IMG/VR virus record: IMGVR_UViG_3300047558_000137
Span: 246,859 to 310,858 of that record
Strand: one strand, 5' to 3'
DNA length: 64,000 nt
DNA from: a virus
Part shown: positions 18,800 through 29,514 of the stretch, piece by piece
Layout: each line of letters opens with the position of its first letter
Numbering within the stretch: the first letter of the stretch is position 1
Made by a program: the position numbers and the translations under genes
Notes under the pieces: model-generated
Databases searched by the model: none
Seen by the model: only the letters and a program-made list of their open reading frames with translations
Told to the model about the DNA's origin: nothing

Positions 18800-21700
18800 T
18801 TATCCTATGTATGTGACACCCCAGCTGTCATTGCTGTCAAAGTTAACGTTGCCCGATAATACTTTCATTCTTAGCGTATCACCAGCAGACATTTGAGCAT
18901 ATCCAGTTAAACTAAAATGCACGGCCGTACCTGTGTTAGTATCTGTTTCCCAGAACGCAACAACGTTGGCACCTGAGGTGTTGTTATTTTTCACAATAGT
19001 CACTTGATTCAATCCATTGTTAGTAGCTACACGCACAGTACCGTAGGCATGATATAGCCCCGATGCTGGAGCTGTAAATATGCCTGTGCTGTTGTTATAG
19101 TAGTTACCCTGATTGTAATCAACAGCTTGAGTACTAATTGTGGTGTTTGCTGTGTATACAGTTGAAGTGTTGCCATATACACGGAACGCCGGTCTATTAG
19201 GTGCATAGAATGGAGCAATACCACTAGCAGTAACGTTACCCGCAACAGTAACGTTAGGCATAGTCACTGTGCCCACGTTATTAAATGTTGAAGTGTAACC
19301 ACCAGCAACGATGTCTACGTTTGGAGTTGTGCCAGTTACGTTACCAGTTAACGTTCCAGTTACATTACCTGTAACAGTCCCAACTAAGTTGCCAATAAAG
19401 TTAGCGGCTGTAATGTTAGCAGTATAAGTTGCAGTAGTACCAATAGTATTACCGTAGTGTGTGCCTGTCACGTTACCTGCTGTAATGTTACCTGTTGTGG
19501 TAAATGTAGCAGTAGTTAAGTATGCAGCCACATTAGTATTACTGTATGTACCAGTTTGCGGGTTAGCAACTAGATAGCTTGCCACGTTGCTATTGCTATA
19601 CGTACCTGCCTGTGGGTTAGCTACTAGATAACTTGCCACGTTAGCATTGCTATAGATACCAGCTTGTGGGTTAGCTACTAGATAACTTGCCACGTTGGCA
19701 TTGCTATATGTGCTACTTGCTGCAACTGTGCTTAAAATGCTCACGCCGTTAGCAAACTTAAAGTCTGTGCCAATTACTGTACCTAACTCTAGATCGTCTA
19801 GTACTGCATTTGTAAAGTCAACCGTGTTGCCTGGTTGAGTGGTTACATTGCTAAACAGTTTCCAATTGCCAGCACTAGTATCGCGAACCAGACCTGTATG
19901 TTGTAACACACTGCCAACTGTGCGATGTGCAACAAATCCCAAGTCTAACGTGTCAGCTGGGTTGTTAGCGGCAATTTGTATAACGTTGTCTTCTACAGAA
20001 TAGCTTGCTGTAGAGATAGTTGTAGTTGTGCCATTAACAAACAAGTTGCCAACTGTTAAGTTGCCTATGATACTTACTGGCTCATGTGTGGGAAATGTTG
20101 TACTACCATTTGCTCCAAAGATCCAAGTACTCGATCCGGCCTTTAATGTTAGATCAGTTGGTGTTGCTAGTGCATAGTCAGGACTTGTGAATACATAAGT
20201 TCTACCACCCGAGTTGGGCCAATTAACACTAGTGGTTTTAATGGCGCCACCAAATGGGTCGTTTACACTTAAAATTGTATCAGTAAATCCTTGATTGTCT
20301 GTAACTGTCCAACCAGCCGCAACATCATTAAACGCACCCACTGAGAAATCACCACCAATGAATACCGCTAGTGTACCACCGTATCCATAACTTGGTTCGC
20401 CAGCGGTTGCTGTTGAGCCTGCAGCAGGAATAGTTCTAGCTACAACACTACCGCTACCAATTGTTAAGTTGCCGTCGACCCAAGCTGCTGTTACGTTGCC
20501 GCTGTTTAGATAGGTTGCTACATTAGAATTTGTGTACTGCGGATTAGCTGTTAAGTATGCCGCAACTTGTGTGTTGCCGTAAGCTGAGCCCGTGTAAGCT
20601 GTAGTTTGAACGGTATTGTCTGGGAATGTTATACCTGCGTTAGCAAATGTATATTTGCGTACACCTTGGTTGTAAAACTTAATGCCGTCGCTACCTGCGC
20701 CAGTGTTAAACCATGTGTAACCACTTTCAATACCTATACCATAACTCCAGTCTCCAGGGATAGGATATAGGTTAATTCTATCTTTAGTTCCACCAATTGC
20801 AGGAGCACCAATATCGTTCTGATCAAATATTAACCCGTAACCCCCAGACACTTTAATGTTGCCACCAACTTCTAGTCTTTCAGTTGGAGTAGTAAGGTTA
20901 TCACCAATACCAACTTTGCCATCGGCAGCAATATAAACTTCCGTTGTAAGAGATCCAGCAGATGCTTGTGTAATATCTGTTTCAGCAGTACGACCGATAC
21001 GAATTGGCACTGCACTATTATGTGTTAGTGCTCCTTCGATACCGTAGTATTTCATGAAGCCAAAACGCTTTTCGTTGCCAGCATCAACAATTAGACCTTT
21101 GCCTTCACTGTTGATATAGATAGTTCCAGATGTTGTTAAGGTTCCACCTGCACCAAAAGTCCATTGATGTGCTGAACCGTCATAGGAACTAATTTCTATA
21201 CTACCATCAGTTACTGTCTTAACATATTGATAGTCATTACCAATATACAATTCGCCGCCTTCGCCCGCTGTAATGTGTACATGAGGATAATCAAATGCGT
21301 TTGTTGGATAAATGTTAACCCACTGACCGTTACTGTATAACGAATCATTGGGCACTAATTCAATTGAACCCGGGTCTATTATGCTTCCATCGCCAATAAT
21401 TTTTACGCCAGAGAATGTAATATCGCCGGTATTCGCAGATCCAGCTGTGATTCCTTGTAGAATACTTTGTCCGTTGGCCCAAGTTATGTAGCTGTCCTCA
21501 GGTAATACAATGTTGCCATCTGTAAATGTAACTGCATTTTCTGCAACTACTGCTGGGTTAGTGTCAACCCATACGTTGCCAATCTTGCTGTACAATCTAC
21601 CATCTTCGGTATTGTACCATATACCGGATAATGGTGCTGTAGTTCCAGGGTTTAAATTAAACGCTGTAGTTTGTTCTGTAGTGTCTAGGAATACTAAGTT

Positions 21701-23338
21701 GCCACGCAATTCGATTGAGTTGTCGCTTTCATACTCAACCATGTTTCCGGGAATCGTTTGCGGATTTGCGTCAGCCCATTGAGTGCCATCCGCAACGTAC
21801 AGTCTACCATCGTCGGTGTTATACCATAGCGATCCTGCATTAGGTGGTTGTCCGATGTTGTCCACTAATACAATTGGATCACCTTGTTCTGTATTATCGC
21901 CTGTGTACGCTGTGTTTTGTACAGTACCGTCACCAAATACAATGTTACCGCCAATGTGGCTTGCGGGGCTTGAAGTAAAGTCCACTATAGTCGGTAATAC
22001 TAAATTGCCATCGGCAGTGAATAGCCACTTGGTGCCATCCTCATCTGTATTAATAACTACGCAATTACCACCACTGAGTCTGAGTGCATCCCCATCAATA
22101 TCTTGGTCTTGATCGATATACCCATACTCAAGCCAAATCGCACCACCAGTAGGTAAAATTAAGCTACCGTTACTATCCAAAACTGCTTCGTATTCACCAT
22201 TGGTAATTCTATCAGTTTGTACACCCCCAGTTTGGTCTACCCATTCAGTGTGATAATCGTCCCCGTCAACTTTAGCTAACACTTGCCCGGCTGTGCCACC
22301 CGATGGGACACCAACACCGGCTTCGCCCTGAATACCCTGGTCGCCTTGTGGGCCAGGATCTCCCTGCGGCCCTTGTTCACCTTGTGGGCCAGGTTCACCC
22401 TGGGGGCCAGTCTCTCCCTGTATACCCTGTTCGCCCTGTGGTCCTTGGTTACCTTGTATACCTTGTTCGCCCTGAACTCCTTGTGGTCCAATATCGCCTT
22501 GGACACCTTGCTCTCCCTGTGGCCCTTGTGGTCCAGTTTCGCCCTGTACACCCGGTTCGCCTTGGATACCTTGCTCACCAGTATCGCCTTTGTCACCACG
22601 TGGGCCAACAATAGGACCAATGTCGGCCCAACTACTAATAGTAGTGTTCCAGAAAAACAAGTTGCCTGTACTAGTAACAATATATGCTTCGCCGGCGTTG
22701 CCGCCGAAATTTAAATCCTCAGGTAATGCTACGTTACCAACTAGTGTTACGCTGACGCCTTGGTCACCTCGATCGCCTTTGATACCCTGAATGCCCTGTA
22801 TGCCTTGTGCGCCAACATTACCTTGTATACCTTGTATCCCTTGTGCGCCTACATTTCCCTGAATACCTTGTGGGCCTACATTTCCCTGAATACCTTGTGC
22901 GCCTTGTGGTCCAATGTTTCCGCGGATACCCTGAATGCCCTGTATGCCTTGTGGGCCTACATTTCCCTGAATGCCTTGTATACCTTGTTCGCCACGTGGC
23001 CCGGCATTGCCTTGGATACCCTGAATGCCTTGGATACCCTGGATACCCTGATCTCCCTGCGGGCCTTGTGGCCCGATAACATAACCAGCATCAATAGTAC
23101 TGTTATCACCTAATGTAAGTACTAAATTACCGGTTGCAACGTTTGCACTAGTAATAGTGCTGTCGCCACCGTTTGTTTGAATAATGTAACCACCCGGTGT
23201 TGACCCGTCTTGAATACGGAGAGTTTGCAATCCTGTATCAATAATTACTTCGCCGAGTGGTCCAGTATAAGAAGAGGCTGCGGCGGTATTTCCGCGTTTT
23301 AATAGGATTTGTGAAATTCTTACGTTTGCTGTTGCCAT
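18800..23338 (-). CDS. giant collagen-like repeat fibre protein (1512 aa)
   Basis: Two long Gly-X-Y tracts ([16 protein letters not shown]..., about nt 22290-23070) and C-terminal tandem [17 protein letters not shown] repeats; N-terminal [30 protein letters not shown] resembles phage fibre N-termini. Confidence 0.85.
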   Translation of the reverse strand: MATANVRISQILLKRGNTAAASSYTGPLGEVIIDTGLQTLRIQDGSTPGGYIIQTNGGDSTITSANVATGNLVLTLGDNSTIDAGYVIGPQGPQGDQGIQGIQGIQGIQGNAGPRGEQGIQGIQGNVGPQGIQGIQGIRGNIGPQGAQGIQGNVGPQGIQGNVGAQGIQGIQGNVGAQGIQGIQGIKGDRGDQGVSVTLVGNVALPEDLNFGGNAGEAYIVTSTGNLFFWNTTISSWADIGPIVGPRGDKGDTGEQGIQGEPGVQGETGPQGPQGEQGVQGDIGPQGVQGEQGIQGNQGPQGEQGIQGETGPQGEPGPQGEQGPQGDPGPQGDQGIQGEAGVGVPSGGTAGQVLAKVDGDDYHTEWVDQTGGVQTDRITNGEYEAVLDSNGSLILPTGGAIWLEYGYIDQDQDIDGDALRLSGGNCVVINTDEDGTKWLFTADGNLVLPTIVDFTSSPASHIGGNIVFGDGTVQNTAYTGDNTEQGDPIVLVDNIGQPPNAGSLWYNTDDGRLYVADGTQWADANPQTIPGNMVEYESDNSIELRGNLVFLDTTEQTTAFNLNPGTTAPLSGIWYNTEDGRLYSKIGNVWVDTNPAVVAENAVTFTDGNIVLPEDSYITWANGQSILQGITAGSANTGDITFSGVKIIGDGSIIDPGSIELVPNDSLYSNGQWVNIYPTNAFDYPHVHITAGEGGELYIGNDYQYVKTVTDGSIEISSYDGSAHQWTFGAGGTLTTSGTIYINSEGKGLIVDAGNEKRFGFMKYYGIEGALTHNSAVPIRIGRTAETDITQASAGSLTTEVYIAADGKVGIGDNLTTPTERLEVGGNIKVSGGYGLIFDQNDIGAPAIGGTKDRINLYPIPGDWSYGIGIESGYTWFNTGAGSDGIKFYNQGVRKYTFANAGITFPDNTVQTTAYTGSAYGNTQVAAYLTANPQYTNSNVATYLNSGNVTAAWVDGNLTIGSGSVVARTIPAAGSTATAGEPSYGYGGTLAVFIGGDFSVGAFNDVAAGWTVTDNQGFTDTILSVNDPFGGAIKTTSVNWPNSGGRTYVFTSPDYALATPTDLTLKAGSSTWIFGANGSTTFPTHEPVSIIGNLTVGNLFVNGTTTTISTASYSVEDNVIQIAANNPADTLDLGFVAHRTVGSVLQHTGLVRDTSAGNWKLFSNVTTQPGNTVDFTNAVLDDLELGTVIGTDFKFANGVSILSTVAASSTYSNANVASYLVANPQAGIYSNANVASYLVANPQAGTYSNSNVASYLVANPQTGTYSNTNVAAYLTTATFTTTGNITAGNVTGTHYGNTIGTTATYTANITAANFIGNLVGTVTGNVTGTLTGNVTGTTPNVDIVAGGYTSTFNNVGTVTMPNVTVAGNVTASGIAPFYAPNRPAFRVYGNTSTVYTANTTISTQAVDYNQGNYYNNSTGIFTAPASGLYHAYGTVRVATNNGLNQVTIVKNNNTSGANVVAFWETDTNTGTAVHFSLTGYAQMSAGDTLRMKVLSGNVNFDSNDSWGVTYIG
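19500..19725. repeat. intragenic tandem repeat, about 57-bp unit x about 4 (encodes repeated 19-aa motif)
   Basis: gggttagc(a/t)actagata(g/a)cttgccacgtt..attgctata..tacc.gc.tgtgg recurs head-to-tail. Confidence 0.7.
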
Positions 23339-23832
23339 TATAATGTTCCGCCGTCTACTACAATATCATTTGTTAAAGGCGCTGGTGTTGTTGTTGCATA
23401 GTATGCCGGAAGGATTTCCAAATCCAACGGAACGCCATAATTGTCATCTACATACACAGGCTTTTCTGCATCTGTGTCTTGGTTAATTGTTCTAAAAGTT
23501 AATTTATAAAACCGTTGCTCAAGACTATTCACAGTAGTACTGTCAATTGTGAACTGCCCCTGTCCTAATTGTATGTTTGCCCAAGTTACTGCATAGCTAC
23601 TAATAGTAACTTGATTAGTAGGATCTTGTATGTCTGCTTGCATAGCATATCCTGTTAAGTTAACCTTTTTCTGATCTTGGTTCTTAACGACTACTTGGAT
23701 AGGGTTGTCAATACCCTGATAAACTTTAATTGGGCGGCTGTACACTTGTCTGTTCCTCACAGTGAATATGGATGTGTCCAAAATTTGGACCTCCACTTGT
23801 TGGTCATATAAATATGCTTTGATAGTCTGCAT
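23338..23832 (-). CDS. hypothetical structural protein
   Basis: 164-aa ORF; stop/start overlap with fibre gene. Confidence 0.45.
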   Translation of the reverse strand: MQTIKAYLYDQQVEVQILDTSIFTVRNRQVYSRPIKVYQGIDNPIQVVVKNQDQKKVNLTGYAMQADIQDPTNQVTISSYAVTWANIQLGQGQFTIDSTTVNSLEQRFYKLTFRTINQDTDAEKPVYVDDNYGVPLDLEILPAYYATTTPAPLTNDIVVDGGTL

Positions 23833-23865
23833 TTTGATTATCTTTTAACATATTTAGCGGAAACT

Positions 23866-24240
23866 GTGGAAGATCACTACAAGCAATTATTAGCAAAATA
23901 CCCCTTTATTAGCTACGTTACCTATGGCGGTAACGACTACATTGGTATAATACAGAACTCAGATGAGTTAATTACAACAATTTACGACTTTGGATTGTTG
24001 AAATCAGATGACGTCAAGAAAGTTTTTCTTGAGCTTGGCGAGATGTGGTGGTGGGAAAGTAACCGACTAATCCCGATTAATGTGTTTTTAAAACAGGATT
24101 GGGCAGTGTTCAAAGTGTGCTTACGCACAATGAACAGCAAGGATGTTGAAATAAAGATGGGGCCTTACGTTAGCCTCAAAGAAATGGCTACTAAACGTAG
24201 CAAACGTAAATCAATTACACTGGTACGTAAGATTAACTAA
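23866..24240 (+). CDS. hypothetical protein (plus strand)
   Basis: 124-aa ORF, divergent from the minus-strand block; basic C-terminus. Confidence 0.45.
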   Translation: MEDHYKQLLAKYPFISYVTYGGNDYIGIIQNSDELITTIYDFGLLKSDDVKKVFLELGEMWWWESNRLIPINVFLKQDWAVFKVCLRTMNSKDVEIKMGPYVSLKEMATKRSKRKSITLVRKIN

Positions 24241-24826
24241 ATCCATAACTAATCTGTTCGCAGATTAGATTCATGTGTACTGCAACAAGATGTGCGTAAC
24301 TAACGGCGTGCGCTTTCTTAAAGAAATAACTATCATCGGTGGGCTTTTCCCAAACAGTCTTGGCAACGTCTGCCCATTTAGAACCAATTAAGTGTCGTTT
24401 AGCTGGACGAATTACACTTAGAAACATGGCCATACGCGGAATGCTGTCTACAGGCTCGGGCATCTTAATCATAGTATCGTAGTGATTACCAATGTGTATT
24501 AGCTGTTGACAAAACTCGGGCTGTAATAGTAAATCCCACAATGGCTCCTGCGACATTAACTGTTTGAGATGTTCTTCATTCTTTATCTGGGTATATAATG
24601 AAACATTCAAAAAGTCCAGTTTAGCATAGCCACGTGCTTCTGCTGTGTTGTAGTCAATGCTAGCAATACCTGTAAATGGATCTTCGGGCACATCTGTTAC
24701 ATAAACACCTGTGTTGTGCTTAATTAACTTACCATCACGAATAATGCCCGCAGGTGTGTGTTTGATTAGCTGTAGTGCAGCATCTCTATTACCAAAGTCA
24801 ATATCAATATCACTGTTAAATTTCAT
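24233..24826 (-). CDS. hypothetical protein
   Basis: 197-aa ORF. Confidence 0.45.
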   Translation of the reverse strand: MKFNSDIDIDFGNRDAALQLIKHTPAGIIRDGKLIKHNTGVYVTDVPEDPFTGIASIDYNTAEARGYAKLDFLNVSLYTQIKNEEHLKQLMSQEPLWDLLLQPEFCQQLIHIGNHYDTMIKMPEPVDSIPRMAMFLSVIRPAKRHLIGSKWADVAKTVWEKPTDDSYFFKKAHAVSYAHLVAVHMNLICEQISYGFS

Positions 24827-25031
24827 GTCCTGCCCACTTTAATTGAAATAATGTTGCGTAACTTTCGCAATGGTCTTTGAAGTAAAATACTGTTACTTTT
24901 TGTTCTGGTACAAAATGCCACTGATAGTCAACGTTTTGATTAAGCCCTTGCTCATTACACCATTTACTAAGTTCCATTGAAAATGTTGCACCATTGCGCT
25001 GATCATTCCATGGAATTTCAACTCTAATCAC
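24816..25031 (-). CDS. hypothetical small protein
   Basis: 71-aa ORF. Confidence 0.35.
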   Translation of the reverse strand: MIRVEIPWNDQRNGATFSMELSKWCNEQGLNQNVDYQWHFVPEQKVTVFYFKDHCESYATLFQLKWAGHEI

Positions 25032-25714
25032 AAGCCTGCCTTATTAAGAATATCTTTAACCCATTCTGTGTCAGCAAGGTAATCTCGAAACTTACGTTGC
25101 CAATAGTCAGGTTCAATATAAGGCAGAATTATTGCAACTTGGTCTTCGGTAAGGTTCTCCAAGAACTCCACGCCTGTGCTGCAATTAAAAACAACCCAAG
25201 GACTAATCCTGCCACTGACAATATGGTGACAAATACGATTGCCATTGCCATACTTAAAATAGTCTCTAAAACCATTCTTAAGATCTGGATGATTATCTGC
25301 ATAATCTTGCATCTCCTTTAGAGCACGTTCCAGTGCATCTTGCACCGCTTCTTTTTGTAGGTAAGTGTGCATCCACTCTGTGTATAGTGTGTCTTTGCAC
25401 CAATAGTCTAGTTTCTTATTGTTTTTCAACAACCAATCAACAAAGTTAGCAAAGTTAATACAACGAATACCTACACAGTAACGACCAAACTTAACAAAGG
25501 CTGCATAGTAAGGACTCTTAGCAAAGTCCACATAAGTTTTTAATTTGGCGCTACCCTGGCTCATTTCATAGAAACGCAGATACGCTTGGAATCCAAGCTG
25601 TACTCCCTTTTCTGTTTCTTGTTGTGCCCTACGTTTTTGCTCACAGAGATGTGCAGTAAGTGTTGACTCCTTACTGAATCCTTTTTCACAATAACGACAC
25701 TTATATTCGCTCAA
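25028..25714 (-). CDS. hypothetical protein with N-terminal C2H2-like Cys pair
   Basis: MSEYKCRYCEKGFSKESTLTAHLCEQ. Confidence 0.45.
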   Translation of the reverse strand: MSEYKCRYCEKGFSKESTLTAHLCEQKRRAQQETEKGVQLGFQAYLRFYEMSQGSAKLKTYVDFAKSPYYAAFVKFGRYCVGIRCINFANFVDWLLKNNKKLDYWCKDTLYTEWMHTYLQKEAVQDALERALKEMQDYADNHPDLKNGFRDYFKYGNGNRICHHIVSGRISPWVVFNCSTGVEFLENLTEDQVAIILPYIEPDYWQRKFRDYLADTEWVKDILNKAGL

Positions 25715-26366
25715 TTAACTTGTGTTCCTTGATATAGTTGGCCAGATGCTTAACTAATATTATAACATCACTTGAATAATGATGTCTTGCGTTTGCGGGT
25801 AGATCGTCATCTAAGTAAAAATGCTCGCAACCCTGCGCTTCCATGTACTCATTTGCAACAAAATCAAATGGAACAATGCCTGCATCATCGTATAGATCCG
25901 TTGCCTTGTGATGGCGGTCGCAGGTATTAAAAATACAGTAACCAATGTCTCGATATTTTAAGTAAGCCGTAAACATTTTTAAGTCAAGATACAATGCATC
26001 TAAGTAATGCTCGTTAATATCGTATTTGTAACGATCAATGACATAGCGACTGAGCAGTTGGTATTCTGCCGGAGATTCATAATCGTTAACGTCAGAAAAA
26101 ACAGCCTGTATACCTTGACTGTTATAGCTAACCCATGGATCTGATTTGTTAACAAATGGACTTTCTTGACGATCATAAAAGGTAAGCCCAAGTAAAACGA
26201 AATCTACATTGTTCTTATCAATATAATCAACCGTGGTTCTAATTATACGTCTATTAGAGCTGCCAGCTCGTGCTATGTTAGTAACTTCTGCCGACATTAC
26301 ATCTTTAAAGGCCTGTATGTAATGGAAGTTATCCATGAAGCTGCAACCATTAATTAGTAATTTCAT
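25701..26366 (-). CDS. hypothetical protein (possibly SGNH-like hydrolase)
   Basis: 221-aa ORF; N-terminal LINGCSFMDNF is only loosely GDSL-like. Confidence 0.35.
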   Translation of the reverse strand: MKLLINGCSFMDNFHYIQAFKDVMSAEVTNIARAGSSNRRIIRTTVDYIDKNNVDFVLLGLTFYDRQESPFVNKSDPWVSYNSQGIQAVFSDVNDYESPAEYQLLSRYVIDRYKYDINEHYLDALYLDLKMFTAYLKYRDIGYCIFNTCDRHHKATDLYDDAGIVPFDFVANEYMEAQGCEHFYLDDDLPANARHHYSSDVIILVKHLANYIKEHKLIERI

Positions 26367-26851
26367 AGATACTCTTTAATTTTCCGATCTTCCCATCCGT
26401 GCTTACGTGCCAGTTCTTTGAGAGCCGCTTTATCGTTTATCTTGGCCAATAAAGCAATTTCATCTTCCTTAGCTGTGGGATATAATTCACGTAAGAAGTT
26501 TAAAATTTTATTTTGTGCTGGATCAGTTTTTTGTTTACCTAACCATTTGTAATACTGTTTGCCCATGCCTGGACTAACTGTAGTGGCCAGTAACCACTGT
26601 AGTTTTTTGTGATGTGTTGTACTAATATCAAAGAAGTTTTTGTTTAGTCGTTCGTTACAACTTAACAGTTGATATGCCTGTAGATCATAGCTACCTGTAG
26701 TACAAGCAGACCAACGTATCATCATAAAGGGACTTAGTTGTTTTGCTTCGTCTGCGTCTAGATTATCTAGAAAGTCTCTATCTTTATTATCCAACGCTGT
26801 TAGCACACGGCTAATTTCTAATCTCTTTTTTTCTGTCATACTGGATGCCAC
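26363..26851 (-). CDS. hypothetical protein
   Basis: 162-aa ORF. Confidence 0.45.
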   Translation of the reverse strand: MASSMTEKKRLEISRVLTALDNKDRDFLDNLDADEAKQLSPFMMIRWSACTTGSYDLQAYQLLSCNERLNKNFFDISTTHHKKLQWLLATTVSPGMGKQYYKWLGKQKTDPAQNKILNFLRELYPTAKEDEIALLAKINDKAALKELARKHGWEDRKIKEYL

Positions 26852-27111
26852 ATTACTTCATCTTTTGACTCTAATAGTCTATAGTAAACTATAACACGTT
26901 CTAGTTCTTCTGCCAAGCCTGTATGGGTTTCGGCCTTGCGGCGTATTTCTCCCCATAGCTTATCTTCTTTAATCTGATCTAATTTACTGCGGGCCTTACA
27001 TGTTTGCCCAATTAGTATGCGTTCGTTAGTGCCTGCTTCTCTAGCGTAGACTGATTCGCCGCCGTCTGGGCTTTCGTAAATGTATGTTGCACCAGGTTTA
27101 AGCTGTCCCAT
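26836..27111 (-). CDS. hypothetical protein
   Basis: 91-aa ORF. Confidence 0.4.
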   Translation of the reverse strand: MGQLKPGATYIYESPDGGESVYAREAGTNERILIGQTCKARSKLDQIKEDKLWGEIRRKAETHTGLAEELERVIVYYRLLESKDEVMWHPV

Positions 27112-27452
27112 TAGTGATTCCTTGCGCCTTGGAATATGCAGTTAAAGATCATATTCATTTCGCCATCGTTAATTACTTTGTGAAACGCACCATCGGGAAT
27201 CATAATAATATCACCAGGAGCAACATCAAACGGCTCATCTGTTTCTTCGCCAACAATCATTTTACCATAGCCCTGCACAACAATATATACTTCCTCTTGT
27301 CCTGCGTGTCTATGTCCGCGAGTTTCTTTGCCGCGGTACAACTTAGTTGAACTTAACACTAGGTTTTTTAATGTCTTGTTGTCTTTGATAACGTAGGTTT
27401 CGTTGTCTTTAATAATGTTTCCACCTACATCAAACTCAGTTACCTTATCCAT
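27111..27452 (-). CDS. cupin-domain protein
   Basis: GHRHAGQEEVYIVVQGYGKMIVG...PGDIIMIPDGAFHKVIN, the two-His plus Glu cupin_2 motif. Confidence 0.6.
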   Translation of the reverse strand: MDKVTEFDVGGNIIKDNETYVIKDNKTLKNLVLSSTKLYRGKETRGHRHAGQEEVYIVVQGYGKMIVGEETDEPFDVAPGDIIMIPDGAFHKVINDGEMNMIFNCIFQGARNH

Positions 27453-27480
27453 ATTACCACACCTTTTTATACCTTATAAA

Positions 27481-27984
27481 CTACCAAACTTTGGAGTAAT
27501 CTACGACCTCGCTTTGTCTACTAATATCTTTAACAAAATAAACACATAATGGTTTTGATGTACCTGACTCTAGCGGAACTGCTAACATCTGTCCGGGTTT
27601 AAGTTTTGGAAAATACCATTTAACGTCTTGATAGATATCTACAATCTCCACTGGCTTAAATTCGGGCTTAAAACTACTTAACGGATTAAAACAAAATACA
27701 TTAAAACCTCTGTCATTGATACTAGTTAACGGAACAACTTCAAGGTCTCCTAAATCTGGTTCACCAATTAGCAATTGCCAATCCACTGGCATCTTAATAA
27801 GATGTGTGCCTATCTTTAAGACTAATGCAGGTGCATTAAAACTTTCTAAGAAGATTAAGGGTATATAAAAGTAATCGGGATTTTTTGGATCGCTATTATC
27901 TAGTACTGCAAAACGCAAATCTTCAATTTCGTCGGGAATTTCATTAAGTTCGTATGCTGTGTTTTCTAATGTTAAAATTTTCAT
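27481..27984 (-). CDS. hypothetical protein
   Basis: 167-aa ORF. Confidence 0.45.
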   Translation of the reverse strand: MKILTLENTAYELNEIPDEIEDLRFAVLDNSDPKNPDYFYIPLIFLESFNAPALVLKIGTHLIKMPVDWQLLIGEPDLGDLEVVPLTSINDRGFNVFCFNPLSSFKPEFKPVEIVDIYQDVKWYFPKLKPGQMLAVPLESGTSKPLCVYFVKDISRQSEVVDYSKVW

Positions 27985-27987
27985 TTA

Positions 27988-29514
27988 TTATTGCCATTCT
28001 ACTTTCTCAACCGCGAAAGGATAGTTCGCCTCTTTGTAAAAGGCCTTACGCTTAGTGAGGTGTCGCTTCGCAAACTTGCATGTCGAAGTGACATCCCAGA
28101 TTTGTACGAAGTCTTTGTCTTCTGCTTTTCTAATGCCGCGCCCAATGCTTTGTATAACTCGGACAAAGCTCTTTCCGGGTTCCACAAGAACCAAATTAAA
28201 AATCCTAGGGATATTAATACCCACAGCGGCCACACCATAAGTCGCCACAATAATCTTGTTATTAGCAGTTGCAACGTCGTCATACTCTTCTTTCCGGTCT
28301 GTGGCTTTAGTTGATCCACTGACAAATGCCACATCGGGTTTATCACTTAATAGACTAAACAAGGTGCTTAATTCTGCCTGTAGCATTTTACCTGTTTCAA
28401 TGCGATCCACTAGAACCAGTGTATTGCCGCCGTCTTTGATCTTATCAATTAAACGTGCCATATAGGCAATGCGGGCTGCTGTGGTAGTTAGATATTTTAA
28501 TTCGCTTTGATAGTCTTTATACTCAACGTGGTCTTGTAATTGTACTATATTTACATGGCACTGTGCAAGGTGACCGGCTTCTTGAAGTTCGCTTGCACTT
28601 AGTTTGCCTACTACTGCACCTAAACTACAGTAGATACTAACGGCTGCATATTCTTCTTTTGGCACGGTACCAGTTAGACCCCAGCGAATAGGTACACGAG
28701 CAAACACGCTGGTTAGTAATGTCTTTAGTGCATCTGCTTTGGCCATGTGTACTTCGTCTACCATAACTAAGGCAACACCATCCACTAGATCTCCAATGAT
28801 GTAATCTGTAGGATCTTTAATTAATCTGAGACTAGCAGGCTCATCTTCGGTGTTGCGACCTTCGCTGTTCTTTAGCAAGATGTTTAGACTCTGCCAGGTG
28901 CAGATAGTATGTGTATGACCGACTTCTTTACGATCACCAAAGTAAACGCCTACGTCTAGTCCTAGGTTGCGATAGTCTGCTTCTGTTTGCTTTACTAGAT
29001 CTTTGTTAGGTACAATAACAACACTCTTACCATAGCGTTCTGCCATTAGACTCAGTGCCGCAGTCATAATAGTCTTGCCTGCGCCTGTGGCAATTTCCTG
29101 TACGCTTTGCGGATTCTGTAAAAAGTTGTTTATGATTTCAACTTGATAATCCCTGAACATAATAGGCTGTCCAGCAGAGGGATGCCCTGCGGGCCAGGTC
29201 TTATGTGCAAAGGTATCTTCTTTGAACTCGTCAAATACAATTTCTCTATTGTAAGTGCGTAGGTCTTCTAGTTCAATGTCGTAGCCTTCGCTGTCTATAA
29301 TAGCGAGTATATCGGGTAATAGATTAATATAACTACTTCCGCCAAGTTGAAAGTAGCTTACTTTACCATCCCAGCGACCTAATCTAACTGCGGGCAAATA
29401 ACGTGCGCCCGGTATTTCATACTTAAATCTATCTACTAGTTTTTTGCGAGTACTAACGTCTAGGCCTTCTATCTTAACGTTTACTTCGTCTTTAATTATT
29501 AGTTTTGCTTGCAA
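27988..29514 (-). CDS. superfamily II DExH-box helicase (UvsW-like)
   Basis: Walker A ATGAGKT, DEVH box (MVDEVHMAKA), TGT motif, C-terminal helicase domain ending QSIGRGIRK. Confidence 0.75.
   Translation of the reverse strand: MQAKLIIKDEVNVKIEGLDVSTRKKLVDRFKYEIPGARYLPAVRLGRWDGKVSYFQLGGSSYINLLPDILAIIDSEGYDIELEDLRTYNREIVFDEFKEDTFAHKTWPAGHPSAGQPIMFRDYQVEIINNFLQNPQSVQEIATGAGKTIMTAALSLMAERYGKSVVIVPNKDLVKQTEADYRNLGLDVGVYFGDRKEVGHTHTICTWQSLNILLKNSEGRNTEDEPASLRLIKDPTDYIIGDLVDGVALVMVDEVHMAKADALKTLLTSVFARVPIRWGLTGTVPKEEYAAVSIYCSLGAVVGKLSASELQEAGHLAQCHVNIVQLQDHVEYKDYQSELKYLTTTAARIAYMARLIDKIKDGGNTLVLVDRIETGKMLQAELSTLFSLLSDKPDVAFVSGSTKATDRKEEYDDVATANNKIIVATYGVAAVGINIPRIFNLVLVEPGKSFVRVIQSIGRGIRKAEDKDFVQIWDVTSTCKFAKRHLTKRKAFYKEANYPFAVEKVEWQ

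Noticed and set aside
22276-23113. Several plus- and minus-strand ORFs inside the collagen-like gene (for example 22283-22714, 22760-23113, 22276-22680)
   Set aside because: Artefacts of the G-X-Y repeat (GGN CCN GGN periodicity keeps every frame open). The long 1512-aa frame is the coherent one.
18800-23338. CRISPR array or direct-repeat mobile element
   Set aside because: The periodic repeats are in-frame coding repeats (collagen triplets and 57-bp units); no spacer-repeat architecture and no cas genes.
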